A stretch of 61,939 nucleotides of DNA, filler included, from Fonticula-like sp. SCN 57-25 (lineage: Eukaryota), in the NCBI GenBank assembly GCA_001724245.1. It is 7 parts of 7 records of this genome, joined end to end, with 100 filler letters (N's around TTAATTAATTAA, not from the genome) between each part and the next. Parts side by side here need not be neighbours in the genome. Positions count along the whole stretch, not along the records: positions 1 to 8,796 come from MEDX01000286.1; positions 8,897 to 17,685 come from MEDX01000287.1; 5 more parts are not named here. One strand, written 5' to 3'. Numbering within the stretch: the first letter of the stretch is position 1; every line of letters starts with the position of its first letter. The position numbers were made by a program, and so were the translations under genes. Below, in pieces: positions 1-11,477 of this stretch. The notes under the pieces were generated by a model. The model ran no database searches, had not been told where the DNA came from, and saw only the letters and a program-made list of their open reading frames with translations.

Positions 1-370
1 TACCATAATGATACCACAATGAAGTACCATGGTATGATGATACCACAATGTTACCACAATGTTACCACAATGTTACCACAATGTTACCACAATGTTACCA
101 TAATGTTACCATAATGTTACCATACTGATACCATATTGATACCGTATTGATACTGAATACACCATAATGATACCACAATGATACCAAATACACGATAATG
201 ATACCAGAAATTTCCATAATGATACCATAATGTAGTATTATGTTACCATAACAATACCATGATGATACCATAATGATACCAAATACATCATAATGTCACC
301 ATAATGTCACCATAATGTCACCATAATGTCACCATCATTACCAAAATATTACCATAATGTTACCATAATC
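1..370. repeat. Degenerate ~11-bp tandem minisatellite (TACCAYAATGW) inside an intron of the BEACH gene
   Basis: Visible tandem units such as gttaccacaat, gataccataat and gtcaccataat. It lies downstream (minus strand) of the GTACGC donor at 390. Confidence 0.9.
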
Positions 371-390
371 AAATATTCTTTAGTGCGTAC

Positions 391-1812
391 TTCAGATATG
401 GTAGGGAATTTCAGTTTGCCAGTATTGGCAAGTTCACCATTGACATAGACTGACACGAGACTGGAACGGAAGCGGTGATATGTGTGTGTGATTGTCAGCA
501 TGTACCAGCGACCGGCAAGGAACTCGACAGGCTAAAGTGGGGGTGAGAAGAGAGTAAAAGTGGCGGGAAAAGGAGATAAAGTATGGAAAAGAGAAAAAAA
601 GTGTCAAAAAGGATGAAAAAGAGAAAAAAAGTGTCAAAAAAGAATGAAAAGTCATAAAATTATGCACAAAAAGTCATAAAATATGCACAAAGAATCATCA
701 AAAAGATACTTTTATGCATAAAAACAACATTCAAAACAACACAAAAATACTTCAAATGTCTCTTCTTTCGTACCACTCTAAAAGTGTCTGGCCTATTTGA
801 TCCCGGTGACAATGTCTCAACCGACACGTACAGCCCTTCCGGCGCCGTCTCCAAATACGCAGAAAACCCCGCCAATGACTGTGTCAAAAAACAATACAAA
901 TAAGGAAAGTTTTGTCCCGCCGATGCCGATGCCCCCATCTGCGCCGATGCCGCCCATGGCCAATCGCGCCCGCGCGCCTTGTCCGATGACATCATGAGCT
1001 GATTCGGCAAACAGATCCACGTCGAAAAGGTGTACTCGTGGTTGGAAGGCCACTCGAGTGGCGGCAGGATGATGCCGGAATCGACGCCGGTAAAGTCGAA
1101 AAAGAAGCGAGGGGAATCGGTAGAGGCCATTTTTTTGAGGGTGGCGAGGAGCTGGAGGGATTCGGGGGATGTGAGGGTGTCGCGATCGTTGCGGAGGAAG
1201 AGGATGAGCTCTTTGACTTCGCGGGTGGAGACGCTGAAGCAGCCGATCGTGTTGATCAGGCCAAGCAGCGTCGCTGGAAAAGAGAGATTAGCCATCGTCA
1301 TCATCGGAATCATCCATCGTACAGCGGACGCCGGGATCGCGAGAGGATTTAAAGGCCGCCAGCAGCCATCCGATGGGCGAGACCGACGCGGCCGCGTTCA
1401 GGTTTTGCGTGCTGCGGTGGATCAGACGATGGATCGCATTGAGGGCATCCAATTGCTGCGCAGCATCAGGTCAACCATCGCCACGCGGCATGAATGAGCA
1501 TGGGATCGTACCAGGGAAACACTCAGTAAAGGTATCAATTGGAATAGGGTAACAAGGCACTGCGCGTTCGTAATTGCCATTCGCGTCGGGCTGTGGATGC
1601 CTTGCACAAGCTAACATTCAACTTAGTCATGACATTGGTGACGCAAGCGTCAGGCACACCTCATTCAGCATGGCATCGACAATGTTTGAAGGAATATCGA
1701 CCGACGCATTCTGTCTCAATGCGTTCACCATGCCGACAAAATCTACAGGAGACACCCACTTCTTCTCTGGCGCGCCAGGCTGGGCCGCGCGAGCACGCGC
1801 GCCCGACGCCAT
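391..1812 (-). CDS. NBEA: Neurobeachin/LRBA-like BEACH-domain protein, 5' part (N-terminal region and ConA-like domain); 3' truncated by contig end
   Basis: Exons about 1812-1660, 1610-~1512, 1455-1323, 1273-774 and 531-391 with GT-AG ends. Motifs FFDFTGVDSGIILPPLEWPSNHEYTFSTWI, PYLYCF and WYMLTITHTYHRFRSSLVSVYVNGEL match the NBEA/LRBA N-terminal region. Confidence 0.85.
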
Positions 1813-2024
1813 CGCCCCTTGCAGCTTTTTTTCCTTTCCTCGTTTGGCGCGCTCGGTGGAAAAAGCCAAGGTTTCACGCCGGACTCTGGGGCAGACTTTG
1901 ATTGTCAGATTGCAAACTGACCTTAGTTTGCAGTGCTCCTCCCGCCTGAACAGCGAGGCAAGGGTATAGCGCGCGGCCACCAGATCCCCGGTCGGCTGCC
2001 TCGCACCTTGCTCTGCGGCGCACA

Positions 2025-5000
2025 ATGTCGCCACGCGGGGACGAGGATGAGTTTGACGCTCATGAGAGCGTAAGCGAAAGCGAGTGGCAGGAGGATCAGG
2101 ATGAAAATGCTGATGACTATCTCGACGTGGAAGTACGTTGGCAACGGCGCATGGCAGCGGCATTACTGACATTTACCGCTAGACCGTGCAGCAAAAGGCG
2201 CTCAGCAAGCTTGACGTAGCGGGTCTGCTGGGCCCATTGTCCACCAACAACTACCCGTTGGTCGCGACTGCAATGTCTGACGGTACGTTTCTTTCCGCAC
2301 GTGTCACCGCGCGACGCTGACATGCGCCGCCGCCAGGATTCGCACTCTCCTCCACCTCTGACATCGAGAGCAGCACGTGGGCGCCCGTGCTCACCAAGAC
2401 AACTTCTCCTCCCACAAAGCTCGCCGTGTTTGATTCCGGGAAGCGCATCGCCGTCATGTCCGGCGCCAACGTCATCGACATCTACTCGATCGACGATGCC
2501 GATGCCGCATCCCCTTTCGCCACCAACCTCTTGCACACCGAGACATTCGAAAAGGACGTCACTGACCTTGTCGCTGTCCCCGGTGCGTCCTTTTTTGCCG
2601 TGCTTGCTGGAGGCATCGCGTACACGCTCTCTGCATCCAAGATGAAGAAGATGGAGCTGCAGGGCGCCAGCGACATCTCTGCCATCGCGTGCGCACTCGA
2701 CGGCAGCATTCTGTGCGGCACTTCAAATGGAAACATTTTGCGTTATTCCCAGCAAGGGTCGCTTCTTCAAAAGAACTCTATTCGAATTGGCCACAGTACG
2801 TGCGATCCTTTTTGGGCGCTTTTTCTTACTTTACCTTTCCAGTTCGCCACATTTCTTCTGGTAGTCCGCTGTCGACGGTGCTTATTATCTCAAACACAAT
2901 GACTGGCGATATCACGTGCAGCATCATTGACTTTACATCTGTACGCATTTACATATATTTTTACTTCTTTTTGCTGACACTTTCCAGTCTGCGCCGACCA
3001 TGCTGCTTTCCTGCCCGTCCCCATGCTTTGTCGACCAAGATCAGGCCGAGTCATGTGACTATTTCAGCACATATATCTCTTCAAGCACATCATGGGAATC
3101 GCTCTTTCTATTGGCTTGCTCAGTCGATTTCCAAGTCTACACTCTTGGCAAGACCAAAGAGGTCCGCTTTTCGCCCTTTTGAGTCCCTTTTTAATATGAA
3201 TTCTAATTTGTTATATATGTTTAGTCTGATCGCATGGCTATTTTTACCCTGCCTGAAGGCGCACGTATCACGTGCCCATATGGAGATGATGGCCCAACAT
3301 TCCCAGCAGGCATCGCAGTGACGTACGAGCAATATGAGCACGCCGTCATCCACGTGACCACATCGGGCGGCGCATACCTCACATTCAGGCTCATTGATAC
3401 CGTTTCCGAGAATGGCGAACTTTCAATTATTGCTCCTGAATTCTCATTGGCTGATGACGCAATCGGAGAAGAAGTGAACATTTCTGCTGAAATCGAAGCG
3501 TCAGAGGCGGCCGACAAAGCCAAGGAAGAGTCGGAAAAGGATGAAAAGAATACTGATGACGTCAAGGATGAAAAGACTGATGACGTCACTGAAGACAAGG
3601 ATGAGAAGACTGATGACGTCACTGAAGACAAGAAGGATGACGTCATTGAAGACAAGGATGTCAAGACTGATGCTGCTTCTGAAAAGCCAAAGGTGACGTC
3701 TGGTTTTGGTGACTTTATGGCCAAACAGAGTCAAGGCAAATGGAGTTGTACAGTGTGTATGTCACCAAATGATGACGCACTTCAAAAGTGTGCGTCATGT
3801 GAAGAAGACCGTCCCGGTGCAATCAAGACTGAAAAGAAGCCTGCATTTGGTGGTGGTCCCACTTTCCCTACTGCCCCTACCACGTCAGCATTTTCCTTTG
3901 GCGCACCTACTTCTACTCCTTCTTTTGGTGCACCTACTTCTACTTCTACTCCTTCTTTTGGATTTGGTGCACCTGCTAGTACTACTTCTACTACTACTAC
4001 TTCGGCCACTTCTGGATTCTCTTTTGGTGCAGTTCAGAATACCACTGCTACTGAAACGAAATCTGCCGAGAAAACTTCCGAAGAAACTCACAAGTCAGAC
4101 AAGTCAGACAAGACTGATAAGGCTGATAAGGCAGATAAGACTGAAGATGTGTCTGATAAGGCCAAGGTGACATCTGGCTTTGGTGACTTTATGGCAAAGC
4201 AGTCTCAGGGCAAGTGGACATGTTCCATGTGCATGTCACCAAATGATGACGCACTTCAAAAGTGCGCTTCATGTGAGGAAGATCGTCCGGGAGCGGTGAA
4301 GACCGAGACAAAGAAACCGACTTTTAGTGGTCCGACATTCCCAACTGCACCGACGACGTCATCATTTTCATTCGGTGCTCCAAGTGGAACTCCTACTTTT
4401 GGTTTTGGTGCACCTCCTTCTACTGGTGCATCTACTACTACTGCCACCTTTGGCTTTGGTGCACCTGCTTCTACTACTACTGCTGCTATCACTGAGACAA
4501 AGTCTGCTGATAAGCCTGTTGATAAGCCTTCTGATAAGCCTGCTCAATCAAGTGAGAAGTCAGACAAGACTGATGCTGCTTCTGATGCGTCTGAAAAGCC
4601 CAAGGCTGTTTCTGGTTTTAGTGACTTTATGGCCAAACAATCACAAGGCAAATGGAGTTGCACCACGTGTATGTCACCAAATGATGACGCACTTCAAAAG
4701 TGTGCATCGTGTGAAGCCGATCGTCCGGGTGCAGTCAAGACTGAAAATAAGCCAGTTTCAAGTGGCCCTACATTCCCTACTGCCCCAACAAAGTCTGCAT
4801 TCTCATTCGGTGCACCTCCAAGTGGCACTCCTTCATTTGGCTTTGGTGCACCTACTTCTACTACTTTTGGTGCACCTGCATCTACTACTGCACCTACAAG
4901 CACTGCATCAGAACCCAAGACTGATATTAAGTCTGATGTTAAGTCTGATACAAAGACTGATATTAAGTCCGATATTAAGACTGATATTAAGACTGATATC

Positions 5001-8000
5001 AAGTCTAATACTTCTTCTGCCACTACGACACCCGTTTTTGGCGCCCCTTCTGCTATTGGCGCCGCCTCTGCCTTTGGCACCGCTTCCTCAATTGGCTCGC
5101 CTTCCGCCTTTGACCGCCCTTCAGGCACATCTGCATTTGGCCAAAATGCCACTTTTGGTTCTGCTTTTGGCGGGAATGCCACTTTTGGCTCTGCTTTTGG
5201 TTCTGCTGCGCAACAATCGACTGGTTTTGGCTTTTTTAAGGGGTCGGAAGGAAAGGAAGGTTGGATGGGAAGTGAGGCGAATGAGGAGCCAAAGGTGTCA
5301 TTTGCGGCGCCAAAGTCGGCGTTTGGTACGCCAGTAAAGTCTGCTACACCGGTGACGTCAGCATTTGGTACTCCTGTAAAGTCTGCTTTCGGCACACCTT
5401 CTTCTTCTTCTTCTACTACTGCGCCTACTACTGCTGCTGAGAACACTGTAAAGTCTGCTTTTGGTGCACCTACTACGTCATCATTTACTGCACCTACTAC
5501 GTCATCATCTACAAGTGGCTTTTTCAAGACTGGCGATAATAAAACTTCATCTGCCTTTTCAGGTGGCTTTGGCGCTGTTTTGTCTGGCGCCAATTCCGGA
5601 ACTGGTTTTGGCTTTTCAAGCAGTTCTGGCTCCTCATTGGCTGCGACACTTGCAGCCGGTTCAGCACCGACATCTGCATTTGGATCTGCTGACGGAAAGC
5701 CAGTGTCAGCATTTGGTGCACCGGTGGCGTCCAAGCCATTTGGTGTTATTCAGCAGTCACGTGCTGATGATGAAAGTGGGGATGAAAGTGGGGATGAACA
5801 TGGTAAAGATGATGAAAATGATGTGCAAAGTGGGTTTGATGATGATGAAGATTTTGATGACGAGTTGGGCGATGAAGATGACTTTGATGACTATGATTCG
5901 CAAGAAGAAGAAGAAGAGGAAAAGTCGTTTGGCCAATCGGAAGAAGAAGAAGAAAAAGTGAAAGAAAAGGAGGCTAAAGATGAGCCTGCAAGGCCCAATT
6001 TGCGCGGTGTTGCGTCACCGAATGCAAAGCCGACGGTCGTTTCGTCGTTTTCAAAGCCGTTTGCGTATGAGCCGAGTGCTCCGCCGCCCACTTTTGAGTC
6101 AAAGTTGCCGTCGGGTGGGACATTTAACTTTAACTTTTCGCTTGACGATGGTGAAGACAAGTCTGAAGTTAAGCCTGAGATTAAGACTGAAGTTAAGCCT
6201 GAAGTCAAGCCTGAAGTCAAGCCTGAAGTCAAGCCAGAAGTTAAGCCTGAAGTTAAGTCTGAAATCAAGACCGAGAATAAGCCTGAAGTCAAGACTGAAG
6301 TTAAGACTGAGGCGCCCAAGGCTGAAGTGCCCAAGACTGAAATTAAGACTGATGCGACCAAGCCCGCTGATGTAAAGGCAGATGCGCCCAAGCCTTCCGC
6401 TCCTTCTACTGGCTTTGGCTTTGGTGCTCCTTCTTCTGGCTTTGGTGCTCCTTCTACTGGTTTCGGTGCACCTGCATCTGGCTTTGGTGCTCCTACCTCT
6501 GGATTTGGTGCACCTTCCACTGCTCCTTCCACCGGATTTGGCGCTCCTTCTACTAGCAGTACTGCTCCTTCCACTGGCACTATTGCCCCTGCTGCCTCTG
6601 GTTTCGGTGCTCCATCAACTGGCTTCGGTACTCCTTCTACTGGATTTGGTGCTCCTTCTACCGGTTTCGGTGCACCTTCTACTGCTGGTAGTGCTCCATC
6701 AACTGGATTTGGTGCACCTTCTATTGCACCTTCTACTGGATTTGGCGCTCCTACTGTTGCCCCTTCTACTGGATTTGGTGCTCCTTCCACTGCCTTTGGT
6801 GCCAAGCCACCTGCCTTTGGATCTCCTTCCCCATTGGCCACTGCCTCACCCGCTGCTCCTATTCCTGCCACGTCATCAGCAAAGCCACCCGCTTCCACTT
6901 TTGCTCCTTCTGGCTCAAGTTCAACTGTTGCTGCTGGCAAACCTCAAGGTGAATTGCCGGCACTCTTTCACGCAGTGGCATCGCCTGTTGAGCCAATCAA
7001 ACAAGAGATTAAGCCTATTCAGCCAATCAAACAAGAGGTCAAGTCTGTTGAGCCAATCAAGCAAGAGCCTGCAGTTGTTCAGCCAATCAAGCAAGAGGCG
7101 CCCAAACCGCCGACTGTTCCTATCAAGCAAGAGACAAAGCCAGTTGCTGTTCAGCCAATCAAACAAGAGATTAAGCCTGTTCAGCCAATCAAGCAAGAGC
7201 CGATCAAGGCAGTTCAGCCAATCAAGCAGGAAAAGTCTGCCCCGGAATCTGCTTCTTCTTCCACGCAATTTTCGCGCCTTTCCCCGTCGCTCAACGAGGT
7301 ACAATTTATTTCTCTTTGTTGTTTTATATGCTGACAAATGTCTATTTTTAGCTTGCGAATCGCGCGTCGTCTATTCGTGCTCGTCTTGATAAGCTTGGCG
7401 AAAACAGTTTCAAGAGCGAAATTGATTCACTTTCGGCGTCGGTCAAGGAAAAGCGCGCTGCATTGACCGATGTAAAGTCAAAGACAAAGTCATCTTCTGA
7501 CGGCCTCATTGACCGTACGACACGTATTGTTTTTAATATCAAAACTAAATATGATTTTTCAGTTGCTGCGATGACTGCCGAGACGTCGTGTTATCTTTCG
7601 GCGCAGCAGAATGCTGACCGTTATCCGAATATGATTTCAAAGGCAAAGTTGGGTCCTGAAGCGCAGCTGTTGAAGGATGAGCTTGAGGCGAGCTTCCAGG
7701 TGTGTTTTGATTGGTGGATGAAAAAAAAGGTCTAACGTGATTGGATGTAGAATGCGTATCAGAGGTTGACAAAGACAGAGCAGGCGATTAATATCGCTGC
7801 CAATCGCCAAGTGACGCCTCCCACATGGGCAAAGTACGTTGCTTATTGTATATGATTGTTGATTTTGTTGTCATTTTTTGTCATTTTGTTACACTTTTAT
7901 TACTTTGTGTTGACATTACGTTACCTTTTTGTTACTTTTTGTCGCATTTTCTTGCAATATCTTTACTAATTTTGCACTTTATAGGGCCCCCCAATTGAAG

Positions 8001-8796
8001 CAGATTGAACAAACAGTCAACAATCTTTACCGCCGCGCCCAACTCGACCAAGAAGAACTCGACCGCGCCGAAGCCAAACTCGCCAAACTTTCACTCACTT
8101 CCACTTCCACTGCATCAACACCCGATGCCCGCACACCTCATCGCATGTCATCCCTTAGTGAGCGCAGCAGTGCAAACGAGTTTGCATTGCTATTGAGTGC
8201 ACGTCGCAGTCATATTGTGACGCCAGTGTCGACACCGCGTATTTCGCATACCAAGTCACAGGCAATGCAGGCGTCGGCAATGGCGCCGCCGTCGCCTTCG
8301 CCAGTGTATGTTGAGCCAAAGAAGAAGGCGGTTCCGCAACTTTCACTTGCAGAGTCAGCGTCACCTCAGGTCAAAACAGAGAATGTTGAAAGTGCGGGTA
8401 AGACAGGTGGGTTTGGAACGCCTTCCAAGCCGGCTGAAGTCAAGTCTGAAGTCAAGTCTGAAGTCAAGCCAGTTGATAAGCCTGTTGATAAGCCTATTGA
8501 TAAGCCAGTTGATAAGCCAGTTGATAAGCCAGTTGAAAAGGCTACTGGATTTGGATTTGGGACGCCGTCTGTGACTGCTGACAAGCCTGCTGCTGGATTT
8601 GGCGCCTTCAAGCCAGTCGAAACGGCTGCTGCCAAGCCAGAAGTCAAGCCAATTGATAAGCCTGCTGATAAGCCTGCTGATAAGCCTGCTGATAAGCCTA
8701 CTGGATTTGGATTTGGAACTGCCAAGCCAGCTGAAACTGCTTCTGGATTTGGTGCTTTCAAGCCTGCCGAGTCAGCTGCCGATAAGCCTGCTACTG
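2025..8796 (+). CDS. NUP214: FG-nucleoporin, Nup214/Nup159-like (N-terminal propeller-like region, 3 RanBP2-type zinc fingers, FG repeats, acidic tract, coiled coil, further FG); 3' truncated
   Basis: Multi-exon: 2025-2132, 2183-~2282, further short exons, a long exon ending 7298, 7352-7698, 7751-~7833, 7985-8796. Abundant FG/FSFG/PSTGFG repeats, three WxCxxCxxxNxxxxxxCxxC fingers, and a coiled-coil region (LGPEAQLLKDELE...APQLKQIEQTVNNLY) resembling Nup214/Nup159. Confidence 0.7.
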
Positions 8797-8896
8797 NNNN
8801 NNNNNNNNNNNNNNNNNNNNNNNNNNNNNNNNNNNNNNNNTTAATTAATTAANNNNNNNNNNNNNNNNNNNNNNNNNNNNNNNNNNNNNNNNNNNN
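8797..8896. other. Artificial contig linker (N44-TTAATTAATTAA-N44)
   Basis: Fixed 100-nt spacer whose core has stops in all six frames. Confidence 0.98.
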
Positions 8897-9241
8897 CACC
8901 CGCAACATACACGAAAACAACAAGAGCAAGCGTAGCAGCCCGCCCGGAAGGCATCATGGTCGTTTGGTAAACAACGCCCTTGGAAGGAAGGCAACATGCG
9001 GGTTTGTTTGGAAAAATTGATTTCGTGGCTCACTGTGATTGGTGCGCTAGATGTACCCCTGTAATCTTTGCAGGACGTATGATACGTGGCAAACTGTTCC
9101 ATGTAGCTTCAAAGGGTTCATTGTTCTTTATTATTTCGTCAGCCGTCATCTTGAAAGATTGACTACATTGGTTTTTAATGAAAGAAATCACGAACCGCCT
9201 TTTGCACGACTTCAGACGAGTCAACCTGTCAACGACAGGGT

Positions 9242-9913
9242 TTAATAAAAGTCGTCGCGTTTGAGCTTTCCGAGCTCGACTGCAAGGCGCTCCAGGAGGG
9301 CGTTCTGCACAAGGGAGATTTCGCCGGTTGTGAAACCGCGAGGGACGTGCTCCTGGGTCGTCCAGCGATGAACTTTTATGTTGCCATTCCATTTCTTCTT
9401 CTTCTGCGTATGTTGTTTTGACACCAACGAGACTGGGTTGTAGTTGGCGGACGCGCTGAAAACCTGAAAGGAAACGTTGACGAGTTGAGGGGGCTCGGCG
9501 GAGTTACCTACAGTAATGACGCTTTCGCGACTCAGTTTCAAACGGACGAGGTCCACGGCTTGATGTCCCGCGTCGAGGTGAAATTGAAACGTTGATGCCG
9601 TCATCGAAGAGGTAAGGAAGTCGTGTAAAAAGTTCTGCACAGCATTCGAGGCTAAAGTGTCCGTGGCAATGTCCACGCCGCGGTCAGAAAGAACTTTTAA
9701 AACCTTGTCCGGATGGACATCGGGCACTACGACGACTGCGTGCCTCTTCACCACAACCCCACTCTTCAGGGCAGGAACGTCGATGGCGACGGGGTTAATA
9801 GCAGCAACGCCCTCCCAGTTCGACTTCTTCGTCTTGAACAGAGCGTCGACGTTTGCAACGGAAGCGAACAGAAGGACGACAACGAGCGCTAAAGCTCGCA
9901 CGGAGGGCATCAT
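9242..9913 (-). CDS. Secreted protein of unknown function (223 aa, signal peptide)
   Basis: Intronless ORF from MMPSVRALALVVVLLFASVANVDA. C-terminal basic hairpin followed by VPRGFTTGEISLVQNAL. Confidence 0.8.
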   Translation of the reverse strand: MMPSVRALALVVVLLFASVANVDALFKTKKSNWEGVAAINPVAIDVPALKSGVVVKRHAVVVVPDVHPDKVLKVLSDRGVDIATDTLASNAVQNFLHDFLTSSMTASTFQFHLDAGHQAVDLVRLKLSRESVITVGNSAEPPQLVNVSFQVFSASANYNPVSLVSKQHTQKKKKWNGNIKVHRWTTQEHVPRGFTTGEISLVQNALLERLAVELGKLKRDDFY

Positions 9914-10043
9914 GGCAGTGATGGCACTGATGGCAGGCGGGCAGAGTGGCAGACAAAAAGGTGCCGTTCGTTCCTCTTGGCCGGCCCATTTATAGAGTTT
10001 TTTTGTACTATAATTGGGCACGTTAACTGGTGGTGCGTTGCCG

Positions 10044-10250
10044 CTTTGTGGTTGGTGCGCTGGACTGACGCGGGGAAAAAAATTTTTTTTTTTCTCAGTG
10101 GAGTAAAAAAAAAATCGTGGAGCAGTCCGATTGGTGCGCTCAAGTGATGTAAAATTTTTTTTATAGTATGTATCGTATCATACCGGTACAACTGGAGCGT
10201 TGGAGCTCTTTGGTTGGTGCGCTGGAGTGGTGTGAAAAAAATTTTTTCTT
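10044..10250. promoter_or_regulatory. Putative bidirectional promoter with three copies of TTGGTGCGCT followed by an A-run/T-run
   Basis: Copies near 10052, 10131 and 10214 between divergent starts at 9913 and 10359. Confidence 0.5.
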
Positions 10251-10358
10251 CCCACGCCCACGGTCGTGGGTTCGGCTCGGTAGATTCATTCGAGCTCATC
10301 GTTACCCTCTCATCAGACGTCCGCCTTCTGCGGCTCTCCTCGCCATCTTGATTGATTT

Positions 10359-11302
10359 ATGGGCGGCACCAGAATTCTTGGGGCGGCCTTGCTCCAACTC
10401 ATGTTGTTCACGGCCGTGTTTGCGAATGAGGTGGCAAGCACTGCTAGCACGCCTAAAAAACAAGTGTTTGCGAATGAGGCGGCAAGCACTGCTAGCACGC
10501 CTAAAAAACAAGGACTTAAAGATGCTGTCATCGCTGCTGTTACGGACTCGATTACTACCACTCCCATCAGCTCGGTGGTGGGGTTGGTGGAGCGCGTAGG
10601 GAGCCGCAAAGTAGTCAGACAAGAAAGGCTAGACAGCATAATTAACAACAAGGGCATGTTCGAAAGCCTGCTAGTGGGTGCGCATGCGGCATACAAAACT
10701 TTTGTCATTATTTATACCTTGTCGGTGTCATACATTTTATTTTTATTTTACTTATTCATCATTTTACTCAATAATTCCACTGATTCCTAGATATACACCA
10801 GATCACGTACCGTCGATGCTCGAGTCGCATTCTAGTAAACACGCTCAAAGACGTGGCACCGGCGCTAGAAACCATGGATTTCTCGACCTTAAAAAACCTT
10901 CGGTCTGAAGAAAACTCGCCGGAGTGTCGTGGAAAAGCTCTGGATTGCGCTTTGGAAGGTCTCGGATCTGTAAAAGAGGAGAGGGCGATCACGGGTTACA
11001 TAACACCTGAGGGCAACCTAAAAATGATTTCCATTAATTGGGATTTGCTGGACGATGGTCGGTACAACCTTGTCTTCTTTTCGGCCACGACGACTTTCAA
11101 GGTCGCTCCTAACACGGGCATTTTCTACCACACATTGAACAGGGATAGATTTTTGTCTTCAAGGAGCACCACAACGGTCGAGCTTCGTTCGATTCCGCGG
11201 CACATCGAAGTCAGCGAGTTGCGCAGTCTGGCAGAGGATGTCATTGCATGGTCGACGTTCTTTGTTAACAAGGCACAAGAAGCGCTGACGCCTGCTGCGT
11301 AG
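10359..11302 (+). CDS. Secreted protein of unknown function (276 aa, 2 exons)
   Basis: Exons 10359-10677 and 10791-11302 (GTGCGC...CCTAG intron) join in frame. Signal peptide MGGTRILGAALLQLMLFTAVFA. C-terminal FKVAPN...IPRHIEVSEL. Confidence 0.8.
10416..10511 (+). repeat. 48-bp direct tandem duplication (VFANE[V/A]ASTASTPKKQ x2)
   Basis: 10416-10463 and 10464-10511 differ at one base. Confidence 0.95.
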
Positions 11303-11477
11303 GATGACAAATTCAATTGTGTCTTCCTTGGCGATGTCGTGCCCTTTATCAGGGAGCTACCAGCTTTGTCTGGATCATTTGTCTCTTTTGTGATGGCTAT
11401 CAGTTAGGCAGTCACACGGTATATCACGATAAATACAGTACTAGTTTGAATATGCTCATTTGCTAAACTTTTTATTA

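Noticed and set aside
1-370. Possible CRISPR array or telomere
   Set aside because: No unique spacers and no cas genes; units are degenerate and lie within an intron of the BEACH gene.
4694-6940. Long antisense and alternative-frame ORFs over the nucleoporin
   Set aside because: By-products of low-complexity FG and Ser/Thr repeats.
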